Below, in pieces: positions 26,764-35,876 of a stretch of DNA of 41,175 nt. Every line of letters begins with the position of its first letter. Position 1 is the stretch's first letter. The notes below the pieces were generated by a model. That model was not told where the DNA came from. It saw nothing but the letters and a program-made list of their open reading frames with translations, and ran no database searches. Origin of the DNA: Spongiibacteraceae bacterium (GTDB lineage: Bacteria; Pseudomonadota; Gammaproteobacteria; Pseudomonadales; Spongiibacteraceae); NCBI GenBank assembly GCA_041622815.1, contig JBFJYC010000001.1, positions 1 to 41,175 on the forward strand, given 5' to 3'. A program made the translations under genes and the position numbers.

Positions 26764-29093
26764 CGCGAAAACACCAAGTCGTATTGAGCCAGCGGCAAAG
26801 CATCGTAATCTTCACCGGTCACCGCGGCGATAGCATTGGCCAGCGCGGGGGCGGCGCAGGGCACGCCGAGCTCACCGGCACCGCCGGGGGCATCGCCGCT
26901 GGGCAGCAACAGGGTTTCGATCGGCGGACACTCGAACATACGCATCACCCGGAAGTCATCGAAGTTGCTCTGCTGTACAAAACCGTTATCAAAGGTGATC
27001 TGGCTATGCATGGCGGTGGACAGGCCGAACACAATGCCCGACTCGATCTGCGCACGCAGCAGGTCGGGATTGATCACCGTGCCGACATCGACCGCACTGA
27101 CCACACGATCGATTTTCACGCTGCGGATACCCTTGCTGTCCGGTTCGGAAACGGTGACCTGCATACCGGTACACAGGACGCTGGCGTAGGATCCGAATAC
27201 CGCCATGCCGAAAGCGGTGTTGCCGTTTTTCTGCGCGCGGCCGCTCCAGCCCAGCGCATCACCCACTGCGGAGACGACTTTTAAATGGCGGCTATTGGCC
27301 GCCGTTTGCAGGTGTGCTTTTCTGAATTCCAGCGGATCCTGTCCGGCCGCTTTGGCCACACGGTCGAAAAAGTTCTCCACCGCATAGATATTGGTGGCAT
27401 TGGCGACCGAGCGCACCCACAACAACGGCACCTGATTGGGCGGTGCCTCGTTCTGGCCGACGCGCTGGTTGGGAATATCATAGGGCAGCTCTACAGCGCC
27501 CTGGGTTGTCTGCACCTCCGGTTCCAGACCGGTAAATTCGTTGTCGGCACCGGCGCCGCGGAAAACCGCCTCGACCACGGCGGTGGGGTAAATCGGCGTC
27601 GAGGTGACGCGAAATCCCCAATCTCTGATGCGCCCGCCCTCCAGATTCGCCTCCAACCTGCAGGCAGAGGCCGGCCGGTAATAGCCGCCTTTGATGTCAT
27701 CTTCGCGCGACCAAATCACCTTCACCGGCCGCGGCGGCACCAGCGCCCTGGCAACCTGGCAAGCCTCGATAATCGTATCGCCGTAGAGATTGGCACGCCG
27801 GCCAAAGCCACCGCCGGCGAGCAGTTTGTTAAAGGTAATCTGCTCGGTTGTCAGCCCCAGTACATTTGCTGCATAGATCTCGTGCAGATCGGGCCACTGA
27901 CTACCGACCCAGATCTCCGCAGCGGCGCCGGTATAGTTCACAACGGTATTGAGCGGCTCCATCATGCCGTGACCCAAAAACGGGAAAAAATAGTCCGACG
28001 TAAGAACGCCGGCAAAAGCCGGATTACCCTCGCTATGAATGGGCGCGCCAGGCGATGTATTGCGCGCGGCATAGCTATCGGGCAGGTCCCTGCTGGACAG
28101 ACTTTCACCGGGGCCACTGCTTTCTGTCAGCAGCTTGTCACGGCCGTTGACCGCACTCCAGTAATCTTCGGCAACCACCACCACACCCGCCGCAATGGTC
28201 AGCACATCAATCACGCCCGGCACCGCCTTAGCGGCAGTATCGTCGGTCACTGCGATGGTCTCACCGAAACGTGCGGGGCGCTTGACCACGGCCACCAAGA
28301 GCTCGCTGAGACCGAGGTCTTCAGCGTACAAATCCATACCGTAGACCGCTGTGCCGTTCGCTTTTTCCGGGCCGTCGAGCCGCTTCATCGACTGGCCGAT
28401 CAGACTGAATTCGGCGGCGGATTTTAGTTTCGGGTTATTCTCCGGCTCGCTGCGTATCTCCGCATCCTTCGCGGTGGGGTCATAGCTCTGGACATCAGCT
28501 GCCTGTGCCGCGGCGATTTGTTCGGCGAGTGCGCCATAACTGATGCGCCGTGAGTTGGCATCATCAATCACGAAGCTGTCAGCGCTGCGCAACGTCGCTG
28601 CATCCACGCCCCAATCGTCGGCCGCCGCCTGCACCAACAAGTCCCGGATTTCCCGCCCGGCGTAACGCAGCAGCAACCACATACCCCGCAATGAAAAACT
28701 CGCGGCAGTTAACATCATCTGTCCGGCAATCGGGTTCCGGTAGCGCGTATCCACCGGCGCCTGTTCCCAACCGACCAGCGCCCAGTCGGCGTCGAGTTCA
28801 TCGGCAATAATCTGCGCCACGCTGGTGATAATGCCCTGACCGATTTCGGCGGGACCGATAAAGATCGTGATGACATTGTTCGCGGCAATTTTCAGATAGG
28901 CATGGGGCTGGAAATTATCCGCCGACGGTACCGGATCTTCCGGCGGGTCGACGACGTTACCGCTGACCGCGCGCGGAACGCCGCTGCCCGGGCCCGGCCG
29001 ACCGCCACCGCAAGCGACCAACAGACCACCACCGGCCAAGGCGGAAACCCGGATAAATGCCCGCCGGGATATCTCCTGAGCAAGTAGATCCAT
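26760..29093 (-). CDS. Xanthine-dehydrogenase-family molybdopterin-binding subunit (IorB / membrane aldehyde dehydrogenase large-subunit-like), Tat signal + lipobox
   Basis: It has a twin-arginine signal, SRRAFIRVSALAGGGLLVACGG. Typical Mo-hydroxylase segments are IGQGIITS, GGGFGRR and the C-terminal GAGELGVPCAAPALANAI. Preferred start is the ATG at 29093 (MDLLAQEISRRAF), 1 nt after the small-subunit stop. The track ORF extends 102 nt further, into that gene. Confidence 0.9.
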   Translation of the reverse strand: MDLLAQEISRRAFIRVSALAGGGLLVACGGGRPGPGSGVPRAVSGNVVDPPEDPVPSADNFQPHAYLKIAANNVITIFIGPAEIGQGIITSVAQIIADELDADWALVGWEQAPVDTRYRNPIAGQMMLTAASFSLRGMWLLLRYAGREIRDLLVQAAADDWGVDAATLRSADSFVIDDANSRRISYGALAEQIAAAQAADVQSYDPTAKDAEIRSEPENNPKLKSAAEFSLIGQSMKRLDGPEKANGTAVYGMDLYAEDLGLSELLVAVVKRPARFGETIAVTDDTAAKAVPGVIDVLTIAAGVVVVAEDYWSAVNGRDKLLTESSGPGESLSSRDLPDSYAARNTSPGAPIHSEGNPAFAGVLTSDYFFPFLGHGMMEPLNTVVNYTGAAAEIWVGSQWPDLHEIYAANVLGLTTEQITFNKLLAGGGFGRRANLYGDTIIEACQVARALVPPRPVKVIWSREDDIKGGYYRPASACRLEANLEGGRIRDWGFRVTSTPIYPTAVVEAVFRGAGADNEFTGLEPEVQTTQGAVELPYDIPNQRVGQNEAPPNQVPLLWVRSVANATNIYAVENFFDRVAKAAGQDPLEFRKAHLQTAANSRHLKVVSAVGDALGWSGRAQKNGNTAFGMAVFGSYASVLCTGMQVTVSEPDSKGIRSVKIDRVVSAVDVGTVINPDLLRAQIESGIVFGLSTAMHSQITFDNGFVQQSNFDDFRVMRMFECPPIETLLLPSGDAPGGAGELGVPCAAPALANAIAAVTGEDYDALPLAQYDLVFSR

Positions 29094-29094
29094 T

Positions 29095-29562
29095 TTAGAA
29101 TTCACCATTGGCGACAGCATGTATGGCCGCGCGAATCCGCGGATACATGCCGCAGCGGCAAATATTGCCGGAAAGCGCTTTGTCGATATCATCATCGCCG
29201 GGCTTCGGAATCGCGGTCAGCAGCGCCACCACCGCCATGATCTGGCCCGACTGACAGTAACCGCATTGCGGCACGCTGAGGTTATACCAGGCGCGCTGCA
29301 CGCGCTCACCGAGATCGGTATCACCGATAGCTTCAATGGTGGTGATTTCACGGCCGGCAGCCAGATGCACCGGCATCACGCAGGACCGGGTCGGTTGGCC
29401 GTCGATATGCACGGTACAGGCGCCGCACAAAGCCCGGCCGCAGCCGAATTTGGTGCCGCGTTTTTTCAGATCATCGCGCAACACCCAGAGCAATGGCTTT
29501 TCGCGGTCTACACCGGTCGCCTGCTCGATACTGCCATTGATCGTTAAATCGAAATCAGCCAA
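29095..29562 (-). CDS. (2Fe-2S)-binding small subunit of Mo-hydroxylase (IorA-like)
   Basis: Two [2Fe-2S] cysteine clusters are present: [12 protein letters not shown], and [10 protein letters not shown]...CRCGMY. 155 aa with no signal peptide. Confidence 0.9.
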   Translation of the reverse strand: MADFDLTINGSIEQATGVDREKPLLWVLRDDLKKRGTKFGCGRALCGACTVHIDGQPTRSCVMPVHLAAGREITTIEAIGDTDLGERVQRAWYNLSVPQCGYCQSGQIMAVVALLTAIPKPGDDDIDKALSGNICRCGMYPRIRAAIHAVANGEF

Positions 29563-29657
29563 CTCAGGCTCCCTGCTTGTCGATGTACGAAATCATGGGT
29601 GTGCCCTCAAACTATCCCATACGCGAGGCACTGTGAACCGGATCACCCTTACCCGCA

Positions 29658-30575
29658 CTAACCCGGAGTGCCGCCCAGCACGACGGTTCTCCCATCGCAG
29701 CGTAATACCGCCCGCAATGCCTGTGTCGATGCCTCGCCAACGTCTACCTGCACCGCCAGCACTTCCGCCAGACGCTGCAATGCGACGTCATTGGGGGTCC
29801 ACACCCGCCACTTATAGATTGTACAAGCGGCGCCGGCCGGTGCCAGCGCGGCCACTGACGGTGCCTGCCACTGCACGAAGAACGGGAAGCCGGGTCGCCC
29901 GACCGCCACCGATGCGCCCAGATAAGCCAGCGCGCTGCCATCAGGCAGCTCGCGGGAGTTCTCGATGACCGGTGTCATCTCAAAGCCGGTACCGGTAATT
30001 TGCCGGCGTAACCAGCGCAAATCATTGGTGCCGATGCTCCACAGAAACGGTGTCAGGGTTTTATGCTCGCTCAGCAGCTCCTTATATCCCACAACCAAAT
30101 CCTGATTATCCCCGGTAACTTCCGCATCGGGCTGCGGCGCGATCAGTTCTAGAAAAGAGTCGTCGCCTAATCGCAGTACTGCAGTTTCCGTCCCCAACTT
30201 CGGGTGGCGGCCACTGCGGATAGCCTGCTGGCCGGTGAGCGCCTTTAACTCTGCAATGCCCGCGTCTAGATCGTATATACCGACGACTATATGATCGAGC
30301 CATGCCCGCGGCGTCGGCACCTCCACCGCCACCAGCGGCGTGTCACCCGGCAGGAAAGGCGGCATTTTTTTATGGACGCTGAGATAATTAAAACTACTCC
30401 AGCCAGAGATAATCGTCAGCACAAAGCCACCGAGCAGCAGCGGCAAGCCGAACAGCCATGCCACCGTGCGCCAACGACCATGCCAGAACAGATAACCGAC
30501 GATCAACACCGCCACACTGAGCAGCAGCACCACCAGCACACCGCTTTGAATCAGTGTTAACAACTCAGCAATCAT
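29658..30575 (-). CDS. Membrane-anchored VOC/glyoxalase-like domain protein
   Basis: Two N-terminal hydrophobic helices are followed by HIVVGIYDLDAGIAELKALTG...LGDDSFLELIAPQP, a glyoxalase-like fold pattern. The ATG at 30575 has AGGA upstream. The track ORF starts at a TTG at 30593. Confidence 0.7.
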   Translation of the reverse strand: MIAELLTLIQSGVLVVLLLSVAVLIVGYLFWHGRWRTVAWLFGLPLLLGGFVLTIISGWSSFNYLSVHKKMPPFLPGDTPLVAVEVPTPRAWLDHIVVGIYDLDAGIAELKALTGQQAIRSGRHPKLGTETAVLRLGDDSFLELIAPQPDAEVTGDNQDLVVGYKELLSEHKTLTPFLWSIGTNDLRWLRRQITGTGFEMTPVIENSRELPDGSALAYLGASVAVGRPGFPFFVQWQAPSVAALAPAGAACTIYKWRVWTPNDVALQRLAEVLAVQVDVGEASTQALRAVLRCDGRTVVLGGTPG

Positions 30576-30599
30576 TCCACATCCTGTCAGCAAATAAAT

Positions 30600-32219
30600 T
30601 TAGAGATAGTGTTGCGCATACTCTTCGCGCAGCGGGACTTTCAGCAGCTTCCCGGTCGCAGTGTGCGGTAATGAATCTCTGAATACCACGTCATCGGGCA
30701 TCCAGAATTTCGCAATCTGCGGCGCCAGAAAATCGAGTATCGATTGCCGGTCCGCCGTCGCGCCTTCCTTGAGCACCACGAGCATCAGCGGCCGCTCCTG
30801 CCATTTTTCATGGGCGACACCGATAACGCAGGCCTCGGCCACGGCCGGGTGCCCGACCGCGATATTCTCAAGGTCAATCGAGCTGATCCATTCGCCGCCG
30901 GATTTGATTACATCCTTGCTGCGATCGACGATCTGCATATAGTTTTGCTGGTCGATGGTGGCGACATCGCCGGTATCAAACCAGCCGTCGGGTTCGCAGG
31001 CGGTCTTGTCCATCTTGTAGTAGGTATCAATAATCCAGGGGCCGCGTACCAGCAAGCGCCCGAAGGCCACACCGTCACGCGGCAACTCGACACCGGCGTC
31101 ATCGACGATCTTAATTTCGACACCAAAGGGCGGCCGCCCCTGCTTGGTCTGCAACTTGTAGCGCTCTTCCTTCGGCATCGCACGCAATCTGGCACTATCG
31201 GCATTGACCGTACCGATGGGCGACATTTCAGTCATGCCCCAGGCGTGCATGAGAAACGCATCATGCTTTTCGTCGAAGGCGCGAATCATCGCGACCGGCG
31301 CGGCGGAACCGCCGACAATCACCCGCTCTACTGACGCCATTTTCTTGCCGATACTGTCCAGGTAATTAAGCAGGCCGAGCCATACCGTCGGCACCCCCGC
31401 GAGTAGGTCGGGCTGCTCGGCATCAATCAGCTGCCACAGGCTTTCGCCATCGAGTGCCGCGCCGGGAAACACCATTTTCGCGCCGGTCACCGCCACTGAA
31501 TAAGGCAGGCCCCAGCAATTGACATGAAACATCGGCACCACCGGCAATACGCAGGTGTCGGAACGCAGATACAGCGCCTGATCGTGCAGTGAATACACCG
31601 CATGCAGCATGGTTGAACGGTGGGTATAGAGCACGCCCTTCGGATTGCCGGTGGTGCCGGAGGTGTAGCACAGCGAGCAGCCGGTATTTTCATCCAGTTC
31701 CGGCCATACAAACTGGTCGCTATGACCGTCGATAAACTCCTCATAGCACAGCACATTGTCCAGCGTCGTTTGCGGCATGTGCTCGCGATCGGTGAGCACC
31801 ACCACCGCTTCCAGCGTTTTGAGCTGGCCCTTAAGTTGCTCAAGCAACGGTACGAAAGACAGATCGACGAACACCATGCGGTCTTCGGCGTGATTGAAAA
31901 TGTAGTCCAACTGCTCAGGGAACAGGCGCGGGTTGATTGTGTGGCAGATACTGCCGAGGCCGGTAACGGCAAAATACACCTCGTAGTGACGCCAGGTATT
32001 CCACGCCAGTGTCGCGACCCGTTCGCCCCGCTGCACACCCCACTGCTGTAGCGCATTGGCCAACTGCCGGCTGCGCAATGCGGCCTCGCCCTGGGTACAG
32101 CGATGGATCGAGCCGTCCTCAACCCGGCGGCTGACAATTTCGGCGTCCGGGTGATCACGCAGCGAAAATTCCAGTAAATCGGAGATCAGTAGCGGTCTTT
32201 GCATCATGGCCGGCAGCAT
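30600..32219 (-). CDS. Fatty-acid / acyl-CoA ligase (AMP-binding, ANL superfamily)
   Basis: AMP-binding motif YTSGTTGNPKGV, plus GWFDTGD and the C-terminal TATGKLLK. The ATG at 32219 has AGGA 7 nt upstream. The track ORF starts two codons earlier at a TTG. Confidence 0.9.
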   Translation of the reverse strand: MLPAMMQRPLLISDLLEFSLRDHPDAEIVSRRVEDGSIHRCTQGEAALRSRQLANALQQWGVQRGERVATLAWNTWRHYEVYFAVTGLGSICHTINPRLFPEQLDYIFNHAEDRMVFVDLSFVPLLEQLKGQLKTLEAVVVLTDREHMPQTTLDNVLCYEEFIDGHSDQFVWPELDENTGCSLCYTSGTTGNPKGVLYTHRSTMLHAVYSLHDQALYLRSDTCVLPVVPMFHVNCWGLPYSVAVTGAKMVFPGAALDGESLWQLIDAEQPDLLAGVPTVWLGLLNYLDSIGKKMASVERVIVGGSAAPVAMIRAFDEKHDAFLMHAWGMTEMSPIGTVNADSARLRAMPKEERYKLQTKQGRPPFGVEIKIVDDAGVELPRDGVAFGRLLVRGPWIIDTYYKMDKTACEPDGWFDTGDVATIDQQNYMQIVDRSKDVIKSGGEWISSIDLENIAVGHPAVAEACVIGVAHEKWQERPLMLVVLKEGATADRQSILDFLAPQIAKFWMPDDVVFRDSLPHTATGKLLKVPLREEYAQHYL

Positions 32220-32409
32220 CAGCAAGTCCTATATCAGCGTTATTATCGGAACCGGCCATGGTACGCATTTTCAATGCCGCACTAAAGGCCCGACCGTGTC
32301 TGTGAGATGGCCGTATTTAGGCGCGCAGCTGACAGCCACTGCCAATGCAACACCCGGCTAATAGGCAGACAATTCAACGCAGTAAGCTGAACCTGACAGG
32401 AACACCGGC

Positions 32410-35025
32410 ATGATAAGAATAAGCGGCGTGATACTTGCGGCGATCGCAATCAATCTACCCGGCGGCGCTATCGCGCAGAGTAAAACCAGCGGCACGCTGG
32501 AGGAAGTGGTGGTCACCGCCCGCAAGCGTGCGGAGAACATTCAGGAGACGCCGGTTGCAGTCACCGCCATTACCGGCGCCGATCTGCGCAACCGCGGTAT
32601 CGTCAACACCGACGAACTCGCCAAATCAATCCCCAGCCTGCAGATCAACAACAGCACCGCCACCCAGATTTATATCCGCGGCATCGGCCAGCGCTCCGGG
32701 CTGGTGCGGCAGGACCCTTCGGTGAGTGTCTATCTGGACGGGATCTTTATCCCCCGCGCCGACGGCCAACTACTCGACACCATCGACATTGAAAGTGTGC
32801 AGGTACTGCGCGGGCCGCAGGGTACGTTATTTGGCAAGAACAATACCGGTGGCGCGCTGGTTTTCACCCTGACCAAGCCGAACGATGAGCGCGGCGGTTA
32901 TGTTGAGGCGGCACTCGGCAACTACAACGCCCGGCGTTTCCGCGCCGGCATCGACCTGCCGGTAACCGATGCCCTATCAACCCGCATCGCTGTCAACAGC
33001 AATCAACGCGATGGCTTTCTGCAAGACAGTGGCGGCCACGACAACCACTCGGTGGACCGGCTGTCAGGCATTTTTCAGGCGCGCTGGCTGATCAATGACG
33101 CACTGGCGATGGACAGCTTCCTGTTTCTCGGCAAAATCCGCGAACGCTACCCTTCCTACCACTGCGAAGTGGTCAACGAAGACGCCTTGTTTATGGACGG
33201 CCTCTATCTGCTTTGGCCCGGCGATACGCAGCCCTCGAACCTGCACGCCTATGTCGACAACTGCAACGCCAATAACGCCGACGCCCAGCCCGACCTGCAT
33301 ACCAATCAAGGCACTACCGGGCGCTACAACAAACACCTAGATACCGTCATGGCCGGCACCACGCTGGAGTGGGAGATCAACGACACCCACCGCCTGAAAA
33401 CAATTATCGGCATTCGCGACGCCTACAAGAAGGGCCCGCAAACCCAGAGTGATGATGCCGGGCCCGGTGAATTTCATATGGGCTACACCCTCGGCGGCGG
33501 CGATCAGGAATCCTTTACCATTGAATTTCAGCTGAACGGCGAACTATTCGATGCTGCGGTGGAATATACCGCGGGGCTGTTCTGGCAGGATGAATATAAA
33601 TCCGAGCGTTTTCTGACCGGTGATTCGCTGGTCGGCGCCGACGCCACTGTGCTCGCTGCGATTCTCGCCAAAGAATTCCCCGACGAACCGCCACCCTCGG
33701 CGGATGCCGGCACGCCGATCATCGGCGGCATACTGCCGTTAAACACCGTGCAGGACTTCGATATCAACGGCAACACGTCCGCGCTGTTTGCACAGGCGAC
33801 CTGGCATATCACCGAGGCGCTGGAGCTGACCTTCGGCGGACGTTACACCGAGGAGAAACGCGACTCCAACCTCACAACCCGTGTCGCGGACAATGCCGCG
33901 GTCGCGGCGATGATTCAGGCGGCTGACCCCCGCTTCACGCCCTTTGACAACGCCACACTGCCGGGCCCGCTGGCAGGCCTGACACCGGAAAATGAGCAGC
34001 AAGCCGCCTCGCTGGGGCTGATGACCTATGACGGCGTGTGGGCCGAGGATCCGGTGTCTATCGCCAACAATATCCTCGGGCCGCGGACCGCCGCCAACGG
34101 CTATATCAACACGCCGCTCACCGCCGCGCGCATCGACAAAAAGCAAGTCACCTTCCGCGAGTTCACGCCGATGGCGTCCGCTTCCTGGTTCGTCCCGGAA
34201 GACCTGCTCGGTGACGGCTTTGTCGATTCGCTACTGGTGTACGGCACCTGGAGCAATGGTTTTAAGTCAGGCTTTCTTGAGCCCAGCGGCGTCGACGGGC
34301 TGGTTGTGGTTAAACCCGAATTACTGGAAAACCGCGAACTCGGCTTCAAGATTGATGCCCTGCAGCGTTCGCTGCGGGTCAATATCGCGCTCTATTCAAT
34401 GATCTTTCAGGATATGCAGTTGATCACCGTCGGCGTCGATTCTGCCGGGGCGCTGGTCGTCACCACCGACAATGCCGGCGAATCGATTATCGAAGGCGGC
34501 GAGCTCGAAGTCACCTGGCTGCCCGGCCCGAACTGGATGCTCAGCTTCAGCTACAGCAACAACAACTACAAGTTTGAAGAGTTTATGGATCAGGACCTGG
34601 CGTCACTGGCGATTCTCGGACAGAACGTGCCGGTCGACCGCAGTGACGAGCAGTTTCCGGTGTCGCCGGAGGTGACGGCATCATTCGGCGTCGCCTACAC
34701 AATCGCCACTGACTGGGGCCTGTTTTCGCCGCGCATCGACTTTAGCTACAAAGATGAGATCTACCTCGGCTTTGATGACGGCGCCTGGAAAGTACGCGAA
34801 AGCAATCGCAAGGGGGTGTATGCCGATGCCTACACCACGGTGGATGCCCGCATTAACTGGCAAAACAATGACGGTGACCTGAATATTTCCGCGTACATCA
34901 AAAACCTGACCGATGAGCGTTACTTTATCGGCGCAGTCGCCACCGGTGATTCTATCGGCAACTTTTCGCAGGCATTGGGTGAACCACGCTTTTTCGGTGT
35001 GGAAGTGCGCAAGCAATTTAATTAA
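32410..35025 (+). CDS. TonB-dependent receptor
   Basis: It has a signal peptide ending GAIAQS and a plug region (LEEVVVTARKRAENIQETPVAV, LRGPQGTLFGKNNTGG). The large beta-barrel ends ...FGVEVRKQFN. Confidence 0.9.
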   Translation: MIRISGVILAAIAINLPGGAIAQSKTSGTLEEVVVTARKRAENIQETPVAVTAITGADLRNRGIVNTDELAKSIPSLQINNSTATQIYIRGIGQRSGLVRQDPSVSVYLDGIFIPRADGQLLDTIDIESVQVLRGPQGTLFGKNNTGGALVFTLTKPNDERGGYVEAALGNYNARRFRAGIDLPVTDALSTRIAVNSNQRDGFLQDSGGHDNHSVDRLSGIFQARWLINDALAMDSFLFLGKIRERYPSYHCEVVNEDALFMDGLYLLWPGDTQPSNLHAYVDNCNANNADAQPDLHTNQGTTGRYNKHLDTVMAGTTLEWEINDTHRLKTIIGIRDAYKKGPQTQSDDAGPGEFHMGYTLGGGDQESFTIEFQLNGELFDAAVEYTAGLFWQDEYKSERFLTGDSLVGADATVLAAILAKEFPDEPPPSADAGTPIIGGILPLNTVQDFDINGNTSALFAQATWHITEALELTFGGRYTEEKRDSNLTTRVADNAAVAAMIQAADPRFTPFDNATLPGPLAGLTPENEQQAASLGLMTYDGVWAEDPVSIANNILGPRTAANGYINTPLTAARIDKKQVTFREFTPMASASWFVPEDLLGDGFVDSLLVYGTWSNGFKSGFLEPSGVDGLVVVKPELLENRELGFKIDALQRSLRVNIALYSMIFQDMQLITVGVDSAGALVVTTDNAGESIIEGGELEVTWLPGPNWMLSFSYSNNNYKFEEFMDQDLASLAILGQNVPVDRSDEQFPVSPEVTASFGVAYTIATDWGLFSPRIDFSYKDEIYLGFDDGAWKVRESNRKGVYADAYTTVDARINWQNNDGDLNISAYIKNLTDERYFIGAVATGDSIGNFSQALGEPRFFGVEVRKQFN

Positions 35026-35055
35026 CGGAGCGCCGTAATAACGGCATAGGAAAGT

Positions 35056-35862
35056 ATGAGTAAACCAGTCGTATTAGTGACCGGGTCAGGCAAAGGTCTC
35101 GGCCGTGCGATCAGTGAACAATTCCACCGCAACGGCTACACCGTGGTGGCCACTGACTATGCTGAATCTCTCGTGGCCGACCTGAGTGACAAAGACGGTT
35201 ATCTGACCGCTGCGGTGGATGTCACCGACAGCGAATCCACTGCGGATATCGCAAATTTTATTCAGGAAAAATGCGGGCGCCTCGATGTTATCGTCAACAA
35301 CGCCGGTATTATCGGCTACTTCCCGACCGCCGAAATGGACCCCGAGAAAATTATTTACCATTTTCAGGTGAATAGTTTCGGCGCGCTGCGCATCACCCAC
35401 CACTGCCTCGATCTGCTGCAGCAATCAGGTGGCCGGGTGGTTAATATCACCAGCGAGTCCTACCGGCTGCGCACGCCCTTCCAGATTTATCAGGCGACCA
35501 AACTGGCACTCGAAGGTATCAGCGACACCCTGCGGCGCGAGCTCAGCCATCTGGGGATCCATGTCGCCACTATCCGCCCCGGTGCGATCAGAACCGATCT
35601 GTTTAATGCCATGGATACCATCAGCAACCCGGTGGAAAACAGCAGGCTCGCGGCGCCGTTTGCGGCATTCGTCAAAAATCTTGAGAAAAACAAACCAACC
35701 CGCGTTTCTGAACCGGCCGAAGTGGCCGCTCTGGTTTTTAAAGCGGCGACCGATCCGAACAAGAAGCCGCACTATGAAATGAATAATATGCTGGCACTGA
35801 AGATTGCCAATATGCTGCCGGCTTCATTGGTCGACCGCCTGGTTTCAAAAGCCCTGAATTGA
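35056..35862 (+). CDS. SDR family oxidoreductase
   Basis: VLVTGSGKGLG cofactor motif, NNAG, and the catalytic YQATK. AGGAAAG lies upstream of the ATG. The gene starts 30 nt after the receptor gene. Confidence 0.9.
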   Translation: MSKPVVLVTGSGKGLGRAISEQFHRNGYTVVATDYAESLVADLSDKDGYLTAAVDVTDSESTADIANFIQEKCGRLDVIVNNAGIIGYFPTAEMDPEKIIYHFQVNSFGALRITHHCLDLLQQSGGRVVNITSESYRLRTPFQIYQATKLALEGISDTLRRELSHLGIHVATIRPGAIRTDLFNAMDTISNPVENSRLAAPFAAFVKNLEKNKPTRVSEPAEVAALVFKAATDPNKKPHYEMNNMLALKIANMLPASLVDRLVSKALN

Positions 35863-35876
35863 GCAAAACCACAGCG

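Noticed and set aside
27285-28427. 380-aa plus-strand ORF antisense to the Mo-hydroxylase large subunit
   Set aside because: It is Arg/Gly/His-rich and motif-free, whereas the opposite strand carries unmistakable Mo-hydroxylase motifs. Shadow ORF.
29094-29195. 34-residue N-terminal extension of the Mo-subunit ORF overlapping the 2Fe-2S subunit gene
   Set aside because: The Tat signal peptide begins at the internal Met (29093), which abuts the upstream stop. The extension would bury the twin-arginine motif too far from the N-terminus.
32226-32409. Possible Fur box (gcgttattatcgg) upstream of the second TonB-dependent receptor, and a similar AT-rich patch (aataataacgata) upstream of the first receptor at 18625-18691
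   Set aside because: They only partially resemble the 19-bp Fur consensus GATAATGATAATCATTATC, with too many mismatches to call by eye. The neighbouring genes suggest organic-substrate rather than siderophore uptake.
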